Shown here: positions 11,301-19,298 of the stretch, one piece after another | Layout of the letters: each line of letters begins with the position of its first letter | Position numbering within the stretch: position 1 is the first letter of the stretch | Assembly: GCA_963770835.1 (NCBI GenBank) | Contig: CAVYRH010000026.1 | Coordinates: 32,001 to 96,000 of the forward strand | Source of the DNA: an uncultured Pseudomonadota bacterium | GTDB lineage: Bacteria > Oederibacteriota > Muellerivitia > Muellerivitales > Muellerivitaceae | Direction: 5' to 3' | Length of the DNA: 64,000 bases | The notes under the pieces: model-generated | Seen by the model: only the letters and a program-made list of their open reading frames with translations | Databases searched by the model: none | Told to the model about the DNA's origin: nothing | Translations under genes and position numbers: made by a program

Positions 11301-12443
11301 ATCAATTGGGCCGAGGCCACCGCCGACGCGGGCGTGGGGGCCCGCATCGATTCCAATCTGGTGGTCTTCGACCCGCAGGACGGCCTGGGGCCGCGACTGT
11401 ACTTGATCGGGGGCTTTAACCCCTTCAGCACGCCCAACCCCAACACCGTCTACAACGACGTGTACACGTCCTTCAACGGCTCCACCTGGACCCGGATCAC
11501 CTCCAACGCCAACTTCCCGGCGCGGGTGTCCCCGGCCTGCGTGGCCTTCAACGGACGGCTCTGGATCATCGGCGGGGGCGGCTACAACGACGTCTGGTCC
11601 TCCGCCGACGGCATCCGGTGGGTCCAGAACGTCCAGCACGTTTCGGGCATGTCCACCAACGTTAGCGACGCCACGGTGATGAACGGGCAGATCTGGGCCG
11701 TCAGCCAGTCCAACCAGGGGGCCGTCCCCTGCACGCTTTATTACAGCCAGGACGGCTATAGCTGGCAGGCCCAGGTAACGGCGCTCCAACAGGATAATTT
11801 CGGCTTGACCGCCTATGCGGGAGAGCTTTGGTTGGTGGGGGGCACCTCGGGCCTTTCGCGCTTCAACGAGGTGTGGAGCTCCAGCGACCCCTATAGCTGG
11901 ACCCCGGTCACCCCCAGCGCCAACTTTTCGCCCCGGGGCCTGCACAACGGCTTGCTGGTTTTCCAAGACCAGATGTGGGTTTTAGGCGGGGCCCTGGCGC
12001 CCCAGGAAACCGGCGGGCCCACCTGGTTCGCCAACGACACCTGGTCCACGGTGTGCCCCGGGACAGGCAAGGGGATGCGTCGGCCCGGCGCCTACCGCGG
12101 GGGCATTTACGGGGAAATCATCAGCCTGCAGGTGAAGGGCAAGGGGGAAGCGCGAAACACGGAAATCACCGTGGAGATTCCCAAGTACGCCACCCTGGTT
12201 TCCGCCTATCCCAAGCCCGCCTCGGCCAATGGCTCCCGGCTGGTCTTCCGGCGGTCCGCTTTGGAGCCGGGCACCACCCAGATCAGCCTCACCTTGAGGA
12301 CAAGCCGTTCGGCCCCGCTGGGCGCTTCCCTGGTGCCGAAGGTGGTGGTGACCCCGCTGAATAAAGGGACCAGACTCCAGGTCAGCCCCCAGGAGTTTCA
12401 GGTGCTTCCCGCGGGAAGGATCATTAGGCCCATCGTGAAGTAA
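8364..12443 (+). CDS. Secreted S53 (sedolisin/kumamolisin) serine peptidase with propeptide, NHL propeller and Kelch-like propeller
   Basis: ATG 8364 after GGAGG; signal peptide; pro-domain; catalytic EISMDIE, SSGDDG, GTSASSP; Ca-site GYDLVTGWGSP; NHL repeats; GG..NDVWSS.DG..W repeats. Confidence 0.92.
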   Translation: MSNQNPKTIWNRVGILVLLALFLWPAQRALTQTQGRQVLKGHVPQALAGSSPTGELTGQETIPVLIGLAPKNSTALAQFLKDAYDPQSPKHGRFLKKGQFAKRFGPTAADYQKVEDFAKSNGLTIVHTHASRTALLVSGNSAQIQKAFHVRLHFYKRKDGSRFFAPDGEPSLDLDVPILHLTGLDNYTLPRRVPRKPASPIARNHKALKTGTLSVLGSGPEGAFLGDDLRNAYAPNVSLSGAGQTLGLFELEGYDAADIAQYQALAGHPGNPVTAVLIDGATGIPQSGGPPPYNNDVEISMDIELALAMAPGLAQVRVYEGNPGGLVLNGFNVYPDDVMASMADEETAQEISCSYSFFSDTTTALILQQLAAQGQAFFVSSGDDGAYPVVGGLIQDEIFVASVGGTTMAMNGNGASYASESAWSGSGGGTSADMPLPFFQTGLATAANGGSSTLRNFPDVAAAAENICVVATSFTPGGNPVPGQVFDSGGTSASSPIWAGFLALVNEQRSHNGLAPVGFPDNALYAAAGGPDYAGDFHDITTGNNNNGGGPYYNAVTGYDLVTGWGSPAGQTLINDLCPNCTPAATSTATAVPTAGGPQPTPTSGPCLKLEKVVDGLGEGFLPTGLALDSSGNLYGVNESNNYLVFRLTSGGSPLSGTYGSSGTGPGQFQYPWSVAVDASGNVFVVDLNLHQVDKFTSSGDFTAAFGGGTMSYPGDIACDSSGNVFVADSVNQTVFKFNNSGALLGQISTPGTGPGQLNQPAGVGLDSSDNLYVMDIGNSRIEVFNSAGSYVTQWGSNGSGPGQFGTPAFGAINPVCLGGPGLVYAMDSGNSRVQIFTTTGTYLGQIAGYGFTEPFGLAANGSRLYVSDSRNSNLYIFDIGNCPSGPQTPPPTPTGSVTPTPVPTGANTPTVTSTPTLPCVPTGATWSPGTTSAAFLGRSDFGSAVYNSRMWIFGGETLNPPGPIYDTTSDDVWSSADGINWAEATADAGVGARIDSNLVVFDPQDGLGPRLYLIGGFNPFSTPNPNTVYNDVYTSFNGSTWTRITSNANFPARVSPACVAFNGRLWIIGGGGYNDVWSSADGIRWVQNVQHVSGMSTNVSDATVMNGQIWAVSQSNQGAVPCTLYYSQDGYSWQAQVTALQQDNFGLTAYAGELWLVGGTSGLSRFNEVWSSSDPYSWTPVTPSANFSPRGLHNGLLVFQDQMWVLGGALAPQETGGPTWFANDTWSTVCPGTGKGMRRPGAYRGGIYGEIISLQVKGKGEARNTEITVEIPKYATLVSAYPKPASANGSRLVFRRSALEPGTTQISLTLRTSRSAPLGASLVPKVVVTPLNKGTRLQVSPQEFQVLPAGRIIRPIVK

Positions 12444-12464
12444 AGGGACCAGCCGTGCAAAAGC

Positions 12465-12498
12465 AAAAAGCCTTCCCCTTTTGGGGGAAGGCTTTTTT
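12465..12498 (+). terminator. Rho-independent (probably bidirectional) terminator
   Basis: aaaaagccttcccc-ttttg-ggggaaggcttttt. Confidence 0.88.
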
Positions 12499-12527
12499 AT
12501 TGAAAATTTAACCTTTCTTGTTTACAA

Positions 12528-12561
12528 TTTGTATTACAAAACATATTTGGAGTGTATTACA
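12528..12561. promoter_or_regulatory. Putative TA autoregulatory operators
   Basis: Palindrome tttgtattacaaa (12528-12540) and second tgtattaca (12553-12561) just upstream of the antitoxin. Confidence 0.6.
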
Positions 12562-12872
12562 TGAGTTCCATTACCATCCGCATCGATGAGAACCTGGAAA
12601 AGTTACTAGAGCAGGAACTTCAAACCGCGAAGAAATCCCGTTCGGACCTGGTGCGGGACGCCCTCCAGGAATATTTAAGCCGCCACAAACGGGAACGGCT
12701 GGTCCAGGCGATGGTGCGGGAAATGAAAAGCCTGTCTCCCGAGGCCCGCCAGGAAGGGCTGGATATCGCCGAGGAATTCCTGCCCGCCGAAAACGAGGCC
12801 CTTGAACTATCGGAGGACCCGAAGCCTTATGGAACTTCCGCCGGGGAAAAAGAGGACCGGTGGTGGAAATGA
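12561..12872 (+). CDS. Ribbon-helix-helix (CopG-type) antitoxin
   Basis: SITIRIDE...SRSDLVRDALQEYL; ATGA overlap with the toxin. Confidence 0.85.
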   Translation: MSSITIRIDENLEKLLEQELQTAKKSRSDLVRDALQEYLSRHKRERLVQAMVREMKSLSPEARQEGLDIAEEFLPAENEALELSEDPKPYGTSAGEKEDRWWK

Positions 12873-13228
12873 AGAGGGGTGAAGTATGGGTCGCCCGGCT
12901 CAGCCCCGCCCAAGGCGGTGAAGTGGGAAAAACCAGGCCCGTCCTGGTGCTTCAAGATGACTCATTCGCCGAGGCGGACCCCGAGACCCTTATCGTCCTT
13001 CCGTTGACTTCCCAAGTCAGGCCCCAAATCCAAAACCTGCGGGTCAAAATTCCGGCCCGGGACCGGCTCCTCAAGGAAAGCCATGTCGTCCTTGAAAAAC
13101 CAATGACCTTGGACCGCCGGCGTTTTGGGGAAGGCCCCTTAACCGCCCTCACCCCCCTTGAAGTGGCCGCGGTGGAGCGTGGGTTATTGGTGGTCATGGG
13201 CATGGTGGGATACCTGCCCGATCCATAA
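12869..13228 (+). CDS. mazF: PemK/MazF-family endoribonuclease toxin
   Basis: MKRGEVWVARL.P..G.E..K.RPVLVLQ signature. Confidence 0.92.
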   Translation: MKRGEVWVARLSPAQGGEVGKTRPVLVLQDDSFAEADPETLIVLPLTSQVRPQIQNLRVKIPARDRLLKESHVVLEKPMTLDRRRFGEGPLTALTPLEVAAVERGLLVVMGMVGYLPDP

Positions 13229-13248
13229 AAACCCAGAAACATAGGCTT

Positions 13249-13281
13249 GAGCCGCAGATTCGCGCAAATTTCCGCGGTTAC
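13249..13281. repeat. GCCGCAGATT-family repeat copy
   Basis: gagccgcagattcgcgcaaatttccgcggtta matches 8018-8048 and the reconstructed 5068-5265 site. Confidence 0.85.
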
Positions 13282-13331
13282 ACGAGGGGCGCAATAAGTT
13301 TTATTTTATTTAATTGAAATATTGATAAGAT

Positions 13332-13351
13332 GTTAATAGTATTTTATTAAC
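13332..13351. promoter_or_regulatory. Putative TA operator
   Basis: Inverted repeat gttaata-N6-tattaac upstream of the antitoxin. Confidence 0.55.
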
Positions 13352-13372
13352 CTCATTTTCAATGGAGCCGAA

Positions 13373-13618
13373 ATGAAAAGGTCCGCCGTCGCCAGTTTTT
13401 CCATCCCCCTGGAAACCCTCAAACACACCCAGGAAATCGCCCAAGTGGAAAAGAAAAGCCGCAGTGAAGTGGTAAGCGAGGCCCTGGAGAAGTATTACGT
13501 GATGAAGCAATGGGAGGTCCTCCAAAAGATCGGCGCACGCCAGGCTAAGCGCTTGGGTGTCCGATCCGAGGATGATGTGGACCGCCTGATCCATGAATTC
13601 CGCCGAAACCGTAAATGA
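13373..13618 (+). CDS. Ribbon-helix-helix antitoxin
   Basis: SFSIP...SRSEVVSEALEKY; ATGA overlap with the PIN gene. Confidence 0.82.
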   Translation: MKRSAVASFSIPLETLKHTQEIAQVEKKSRSEVVSEALEKYYVMKQWEVLQKIGARQAKRLGVRSEDDVDRLIHEFRRNRK

Positions 13619-14028
13619 AGCTTCGGGTGGTCGTTGACACGAATGTGTTCGTTTCTCATTTCCTGGTGCCCCACCAGAATCCTTCGAAGGTCCTGGGCCT
13701 TGCGCGGGAAGGCCGATTCATCCTGGTGACTTCCGATCCCATTCTTGACGAGTTGGAAAGGGTATTGGAGGCCAAGTTGGGCTTCACGGGCGGACAGGCT
13801 GAAGAAGCCCGCCGCTCCATTCAAGCGATTTCCGAAATCATCAAGCCGCATCACGCAGTGGATACGGTGAAGGCCGACGAAAGCGATAATCGGATCCTGG
13901 AATGCGCCCTTTCGGGCAAGGCCCATGTGATTGTCACTGGCGATAAAAAACACCTCCTACCCTTGAAGGAATTCCGGGACATCCCCATTTTAAACCCCGC
14001 TTCATTTGTCCGTGATTTCGTTGCTTGA
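13615..14028 (+). CDS. PIN-domain putative toxin
   Basis: RVVVDTNV, DESDNRILECA, IVTGDKKHLL. Confidence 0.92.
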   Translation: MKLRVVVDTNVFVSHFLVPHQNPSKVLGLAREGRFILVTSDPILDELERVLEAKLGFTGGQAEEARRSIQAISEIIKPHHAVDTVKADESDNRILECALSGKAHVIVTGDKKHLLPLKEFRDIPILNPASFVRDFVA

Positions 14029-14075
14029 AGCGGAGGTACGGATCAGGAGCAATTTAGAGACTTTGTAGCTTTGCT

Positions 14076-14111
14076 TTACTCTGTGCCCTCTGTGAACTCT
14101 GGGGTTCAACC
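14076..14111. repeat. CACAGAG-family repeat (allele lacking the 33-bp insert)
   Basis: ttactctgtgccctctgtgaactctggggttcaacc aligns with 8124-8192 minus the insert. Confidence 0.85.
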
Positions 14112-14126
14112 TGCTTATGTTGTTAT

Positions 14127-15602
14127 CTAAAACAGGTCCTTCAAGATGTTCCGCATACCCTTGCGGATCTGGTAGTTCGCCGCCTGCACGGCATCCTTGG
14201 CCAGCATGCCCTCGGCCTTTTCCTTGAGGTCCTGCGGGGTAAGCCCGGTCTTTTGCTGCACAAAATCCCCGATCTTCCCTATGAAGTTTTTATCGCTGTC
14301 ATTGTCCCCCTGCGCCAAGGCTTCGGGGGACTGGCGAGGAGACGACCCGCCTGCCGAAGCTTCAGCGTAGGCAGGGGCAACCCCAGTTCCAGATAAAGCC
14401 TCTTCCCCAGGTTGTTGATCTTGACGTTCCTGCCGACTGCGAACTGCCGACTGCGAACGGACTTTATCCGCCTTTGCCTGTTGTGCCGCCTGCCTTTGGA
14501 CCTCTTTCCGCGTCTTCTCGGCGGCCTTGGCCTCCAAAACGGCTTTCCGTTCCGCTTCGGCCTGGACCTTATCGGCCACCTCCTTCTTCCTTAAGGGGAC
14601 GGCGTCCTGGTGCACCTGGGCTAGGGCGTTCCGGTAGCGCAGATCCTGGCCCTCCCCGGAAAGACCCTTCAGGTGTTCCCAGTTGGACAGGGCCCCGTAG
14701 ACCACCGGCACCGCCTCGGCGGGGGATAGATCCATCACCATCCGGTAGCCTTTGGGGGTCATGGTGACCTTCACCCCTGGGGGAAGCCCCTCCCATTTGG
14801 CGGCGTAGGGATCCTTAGGGCCTAAACTGCTGTCATTGCGAGGAGTGGCCGCCGAATAGGCGGACGATGACGACGAAGCAACCTCAGTTCCATTTGAAGC
14901 CGTTTCCCCAGGTTTTAAGCCGTATGAGGCAGGGTCATTACCGGCTTTGACCCATTTCACCAGCTTTTTGGCGTCTTTCTCGGTCATTTGGCGCTCAATG
15001 AGCACTTGGAGGGCCTTTTCAACCAATTCGTGGTCTTCCAAGGCCGTGAGGGGATATACCGGGAACTCCGTTAGTTCCCAGGACGGGTCCTTTTTTACCA
15101 AGGCTTGGTAAATTTGAGCCCTCGAATTCCCGTTAAGCACCTTCATCAGGCTAACCACCCGGCTGATGGCCTGTTGGGACCTCCCCAGTTCGTCCGCCAC
15201 TTGCTGTTGGGTGGGCTGGGAGGGGGAATTCAGCCTGTCCTCAATGGCCTCGTACCGGGACAGCCAATGAAGCTCCTCCCACTCGTTGGACATCACGGCC
15301 TTCCATTGGGCGTCCTCGGCCGGGATGTCGAAAACAATGGCATCCAGGGCGGTCCAACCCAGCTTAAGGGCCCCCCAATAGCGCAATTCCCCGTCGATCA
15401 GTTCGTGGCTGTGGGCCGGGTCGGCCTGCCTTTCCCCGGGGGTCAGGAGCCTCAATTTAACGGGCGTTTCCTGGCCGTTGGCCTCGAGGGACTTGGCTTT
15501 CTTATCCTTGGCCTCCTCCGATTTCACTTTCCGCGGGTTCTTGGGATTGGGGCGTATTTTCGCCAAGGGGATAGATTGAACCGTCAAAGGTGTGGATTCC
15601 AT
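14127..15602 (-). CDS. Orphan ParB/RepB/Spo0J-like protein with HTH and repeat-derived insertions
   Basis: IPLAKIRPNPKNPRK; LIDGELRY (Box II-like); TQQQVADELGRSQQAISR HTH; no parA nearby. Confidence 0.82.
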   Translation of the reverse strand: MESTPLTVQSIPLAKIRPNPKNPRKVKSEEAKDKKAKSLEANGQETPVKLRLLTPGERQADPAHSHELIDGELRYWGALKLGWTALDAIVFDIPAEDAQWKAVMSNEWEELHWLSRYEAIEDRLNSPSQPTQQQVADELGRSQQAISRVVSLMKVLNGNSRAQIYQALVKKDPSWELTEFPVYPLTALEDHELVEKALQVLIERQMTEKDAKKLVKWVKAGNDPASYGLKPGETASNGTEVASSSSSAYSAATPRNDSSLGPKDPYAAKWEGLPPGVKVTMTPKGYRMVMDLSPAEAVPVVYGALSNWEHLKGLSGEGQDLRYRNALAQVHQDAVPLRKKEVADKVQAEAERKAVLEAKAAEKTRKEVQRQAAQQAKADKVRSQSAVRSRQERQDQQPGEEALSGTGVAPAYAEASAGGSSPRQSPEALAQGDNDSDKNFIGKIGDFVQQKTGLTPQDLKEKAEGMLAKDAVQAANYQIRKGMRNILKDLF

Positions 15603-15631
15603 AAATGCCTCCTGGTTTTTCTTAAGGTTAA

Positions 15632-15680
15632 GCTGCCGACCGTCGACTGCCGACTGTGGACTGCCCTTGTCGACTGTTGA
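15632..15680. repeat. Degenerate 7-mer tandem repeat (CTGCCGA-type)
   Basis: ctgccga-ccgtcga-ctgccga-ctgtgga-ctgcc; same family at 14430-14457 and, inverted, 28235-28265. Confidence 0.75.
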
Positions 15681-15911
15681 CCGCTTTTGGAGATTAATTT
15701 ATGAAATCTTTTTTAGTCAATATCCAAAAAATGTCCGTTTTTGGATAAGATAAATGCTGATTTGATAAGGGTTTTTGGGATTTGGTTAAGACCCAATCGC
15801 GCATTACCGTTCTTAAAGGCTCCCCAACAACCCTATTGAAGCCCCCTCCAAGGCCCGTTTCCAGGTATAATTCATCGGCAGTTTAACGGCAGTTCATCGG
15901 CGGAGGAAACC

Positions 15912-17006
15912 GTGTCTTATCAACCTATATTCCGGGTAACGCCCCCCATGCTGAGGCTCATCGGGAAAATGGAGGCGGCGCGGGAGATCGTGGAAAGCCT
16001 GGAATTGCCCCTGGGCCTTGAAAACGAGTTCCAACGGGAAGCTTCGGCGAGGATGACGCACTATTCCACGAAGATCGAGGGGAACCGCCTCACCCTGAAA
16101 CAAACGAAGGAATTGCTGGCGGGCCAAACGGTGATCGCCCGTGAAATCGACAAACGGGAGGCCATGAATTACTACGATTGCCTCGACTTGGTCCACCGGC
16201 ATTCCAAGGCCCATAAACCGGTGACGGAGGCCCTTATCAAGGAGATCCATTCGGTTGTACAAAAATGGATCGTGAAAGGGAAACTCCGGGGTGAATATCG
16301 GGAGGCTCAAAACGCCATCTTTGATTCGGCGGCCGGGAAACCGGTCTATTTCCCCCCCGATTCCAAGGAAGTCCCATCCCTCATGAGGGCCTTCGTCGCT
16401 TGGCTCAACAGCGACGGTGAAACGCACCCCATCCTGAAAGCGGGCGTGGCCCATTACCAGTTCGTGACCATTCATCCCTTCATGGATGGAAACGGACGAA
16501 CCGCCAGGGCGATTGCCACGCTCCTGCTTTACCGGGAAGGGTACAGCTTGAAGCGGTTCTATTCACTGGAGGAATATTACGCCGAGGACTTAAGGGGCTA
16601 TTACAACACCCTCCACCAATGCCAAGGCGTCCATTACCACGACAACCCCAACCCGGACATCAGCGTTTGGCTGGAATATTTCCTTAACGGCGCGGCCATT
16701 GTGTTCGAGCGGGTCAAGGAAAAGGCCTTGGCCGCCGCCAAGAAAAAGCCGCCCCCCCAAAGCAAAAAGGACATCGAGCGGATGCAGAAGATCGGGCCAA
16801 GGGAAAGGCGCGTGCTCGCTTATTTCGGGAAGAATTTACAACTCCGGACAAGAAACCTTTGTTCTTTATTCGGCATCAAGGAACGCGCGGCCAGGGATTT
16901 GCTGGCCAAATGGATGGAGCTGGGATTGATCGAAAAGCAGGGGTCCGGCAAGCGGGACGCCTATTACATATTATCGGCGGAATATCGGCGTCTTATCGGC
17001 GGTTAG
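15912..17006 (+). CDS. Fic-family protein with C-terminal winged HTH
   Basis: Canonical HPFMDGNGRTAR; STKIEGN; C-terminal ...ERAARDLLAKWMELGLIEKQG; TATAAT at 15866 and GGAGG RBS. Confidence 0.93.
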   Translation: MSYQPIFRVTPPMLRLIGKMEAAREIVESLELPLGLENEFQREASARMTHYSTKIEGNRLTLKQTKELLAGQTVIAREIDKREAMNYYDCLDLVHRHSKAHKPVTEALIKEIHSVVQKWIVKGKLRGEYREAQNAIFDSAAGKPVYFPPDSKEVPSLMRAFVAWLNSDGETHPILKAGVAHYQFVTIHPFMDGNGRTARAIATLLLYREGYSLKRFYSLEEYYAEDLRGYYNTLHQCQGVHYHDNPNPDISVWLEYFLNGAAIVFERVKEKALAAAKKKPPPQSKKDIERMQKIGPRERRVLAYFGKNLQLRTRNLCSLFGIKERAARDLLAKWMELGLIEKQGSGKRDAYYILSAEYRRLIGG

Positions 17007-17160
17007 TTTGCCGAGGGCAGCTTGGCCCTTTGGAGCCAGTTTAAAAGAGGTAAATACCTCATGGCTATTTCCGATGTGGCGGAGAAAGAGTTAGATCCAG
17101 AACGCCTGTAGAGGGCTTGGCACGAAATGGAAAATGGACGCCTGACCCCTTTTTCCCTTT

Positions 17161-17316
17161 ATGCTGGGTGAACCTGAAGACAAGAAATTAAAAGCCGACT
17201 TCGATAAAGTCAAAAAAATGCTGGGAATGGTGCCTTGCGAGCATGAAATTGTTACCGAAGATGATGCCGCTAATTTGGCAAATAGAATGAAAAAGTTGGA
17301 GAGTGTAGAACATTAA
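17161..17316 (+). CDS. Short hypothetical ORF or gene remnant (51 aa)
   Basis: Open frame MLGEPEDKKLKADFDKVKK...ESVEH; no clear RBS. Confidence 0.25.
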   Translation: MLGEPEDKKLKADFDKVKKMLGMVPCEHEIVTEDDAANLANRMKKLESVEH

Positions 17317-17397
17317 TGAAAAAGGTCACATTTTAATTTTTCTTTAAAACATTAGAGTCGTTTTCGTAAAAAAGAACATGTCCAATATAATGTCAAA

Positions 17398-18318
17398 ATG
17401 GATATTCCATTAGACCACCAAGTCCGACATGCCTCGTTTCAAGTCCTCAAGAAACTTCAAATTGAATATTCAAATTGCATTCCTCGCGAAATACTTTTAA
17501 AGGGTTTCGAGTTCCAAGCTCAAAGAGTCCCTTTTGTAGGACCGCAGGGTATTTTCAAGCCCCGGTTATTACCTGAAATTCCATTGAGCATTTATACCGC
17601 ACCCATTATTGAAGGCCGTCGGAGGCCCTATGAAGATAAGGAAATGTATAACGGATTTATTGAGTACAAATACCGTGGTGAAAAACCGGATCATCATGAA
17701 AACGTAGGTCTTCGAAAGGCTTTAGCTCAAAAAGTCCCCTTAATCTATATACAGGGGCTTACGCCTGGTTTTTGCGCGGCGAGTTGGCCGGTATTTATCG
17801 TGGGGGATGACCCGAAAAGCCTGACCTTCATGGTTCGGGTGGATGAGGAGAAATATACATTTCCGGAAGAGGCCCGGAGTTCCAATTATGAAGAGGAAAG
17901 TGCCAGAAGGGCCTATCGAACTGTGGAAACTCAACAAAGGGTTCATCAGCAGGGTTTTCGGTTGAGGGTATTGAAGGCCTACCAAGAACATTGCGCCATT
18001 TGCAATCTGGGGCATCCATCCCTTTTGGACGCCGCCCATATTCTTCCCGATGGTCATCCGAAAGGGGAACCGACAATCAACAACGGGATTTCCCTTTGCC
18101 GAATCCACCATGCGGCTTATGACGTGAATATTATCGGCATCCGACCAGACTACAAAGTAGTTGTAAATGAACAGGTTCTGAAGGAAAAGGACGGCCCAAT
18201 GTTGAAGCATGGGCTACAGGAATTTCATGAATCTAAATTGATCCTGCCCAAGTCCCACCGGGATTATCCTAAAGAAGATTTCTTGGATGAGCGATTTCAG
18301 AGTTTCTTAGCGAGTTAA
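17398..18318 (+). CDS. HNH endonuclease with putative SRA-like N-terminal domain (candidate type IV restriction enzyme)
   Basis: R.HQQGFR..VL.AY...CAIC...LDAAHI...NGISLC..HH.AYD; N-terminal GPQGIFKP...PY.D...YKYRG. Confidence 0.88.
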   Translation: MDIPLDHQVRHASFQVLKKLQIEYSNCIPREILLKGFEFQAQRVPFVGPQGIFKPRLLPEIPLSIYTAPIIEGRRRPYEDKEMYNGFIEYKYRGEKPDHHENVGLRKALAQKVPLIYIQGLTPGFCAASWPVFIVGDDPKSLTFMVRVDEEKYTFPEEARSSNYEEESARRAYRTVETQQRVHQQGFRLRVLKAYQEHCAICNLGHPSLLDAAHILPDGHPKGEPTINNGISLCRIHHAAYDVNIIGIRPDYKVVVNEQVLKEKDGPMLKHGLQEFHESKLILPKSHRDYPKEDFLDERFQSFLAS

Positions 18319-18332
18319 GGTGTAATTCCAAA

Positions 18333-19124
18333 GTGAACTCCGAATTGAAATGCCCATTTTGTGAAAAAGAGGTTGATGAATTTCACCCAAGTAGTCATGT
18401 CATCCCAGAATGGCTTTTCAAACGCACCTATGGAAAACAAGGTAAATACCTAAATATCAATTTGCTTAAGGAGGAAGTTAAGATTGCCCAAAGTGGAACA
18501 AAGAAGTCTTTTGTCTGTCGAAACTGTGAAGGAGATTTTGCTGAGGATGATCGTTATGCAAGCTTGGTTTTGAATGCTAAAAACCCTCGGTCAACCGTCC
18601 CGAATGTTGCTGATGCGAAGGAGACATGGAATCATGAAGAAAGGGGCTACAGAAAATGTTTAGTTTTGGAGGGGGTGAATTTTAAGAAATTTCTAAAATT
18701 TGTTCTTGGAGTTGTGATGAGGGGACATATGGCCAAGACGGATAACGGAAAGGAATTTCTCGGGGAAAAGCATTTTCGAAAAATGAAAAATGTTTATAGG
18801 GATGATCTGCTACTAAACGATAGCATCTACCCAATATTTATTCTGAAAGTCGATTCGAAGGACATTTTCAGTGAATTTATTCATCTTCCTGGTCGAGGTG
18901 AAGGGCCAGGGGGTGCAAACTTGGCTTCTTTTGTGGCGGGTGGATATCGGTTTAATGTTGTGGTTCAAAGCCATCAAATCCCTGAACCTTATTTGCGCTT
19001 GCGCCTTAAATCTAATGGAGAACTGCCAATCCCTGTGGTAGGGGTGCTTAATTTACCGGGCGCTAAAAGGACCTTGAAGCAAGCTATAGAACTTGGGCGC
19101 AAAAGAATACCCCAAACCAAATGA
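18333..19124 (+). CDS. Hypothetical protein with N-terminal Zn-binding HNH-like domain
   Basis: CPFC...SHVIPEW...CRNCE; AT-rich. Confidence 0.65.
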   Translation: MNSELKCPFCEKEVDEFHPSSHVIPEWLFKRTYGKQGKYLNINLLKEEVKIAQSGTKKSFVCRNCEGDFAEDDRYASLVLNAKNPRSTVPNVADAKETWNHEERGYRKCLVLEGVNFKKFLKFVLGVVMRGHMAKTDNGKEFLGEKHFRKMKNVYRDDLLLNDSIYPIFILKVDSKDIFSEFIHLPGRGEGPGGANLASFVAGGYRFNVVVQSHQIPEPYLRLRLKSNGELPIPVVGVLNLPGAKRTLKQAIELGRKRIPQTK

Positions 19125-19139
19125 ATTTATTCGCACAAG

Positions 19140-19298
19140 CTATTTGGGAATTGCTTTCTCGGCCGGGCGGCCATCGCGGGGTTTCTCCAGCAGCTCCTTC
19201 AAACCCCATCCCAACCTATGGGCGACTCTGTCAAGGGTGCTCATCCCTAGGCTTTTGGAACACTCTTCAAGCAGAAGTGTCAAAACTTTCCATTGCAT
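19140..19298 (-). pseudogene. Remnant of an XRE-type HTH gene (copy A)
   Basis: Translates ...GMSTLDRVAHRLGWGLKELLEKPRDGRPAEKAIPK; DNA similar to 22975-23090. Confidence 0.65.

Noticed and set aside
9009..11966. 985-aa antisense ORF (and similar long shadows at 3699-4961, 35817-37595, 53178-54722)
   Set aside because: Opposite well-supported genes; expected from high GC3; no recognisable motifs
1509..14111. Short repeats as a CRISPR array
   Set aside because: Dispersed inverted pairs with no regular repeat-spacer period and no cas1/cas2
17132..17158. aaatggacgcctgacccctttttccc as a REP-like end
   Set aside because: Single copy in the window with no associated transposase; unsupported
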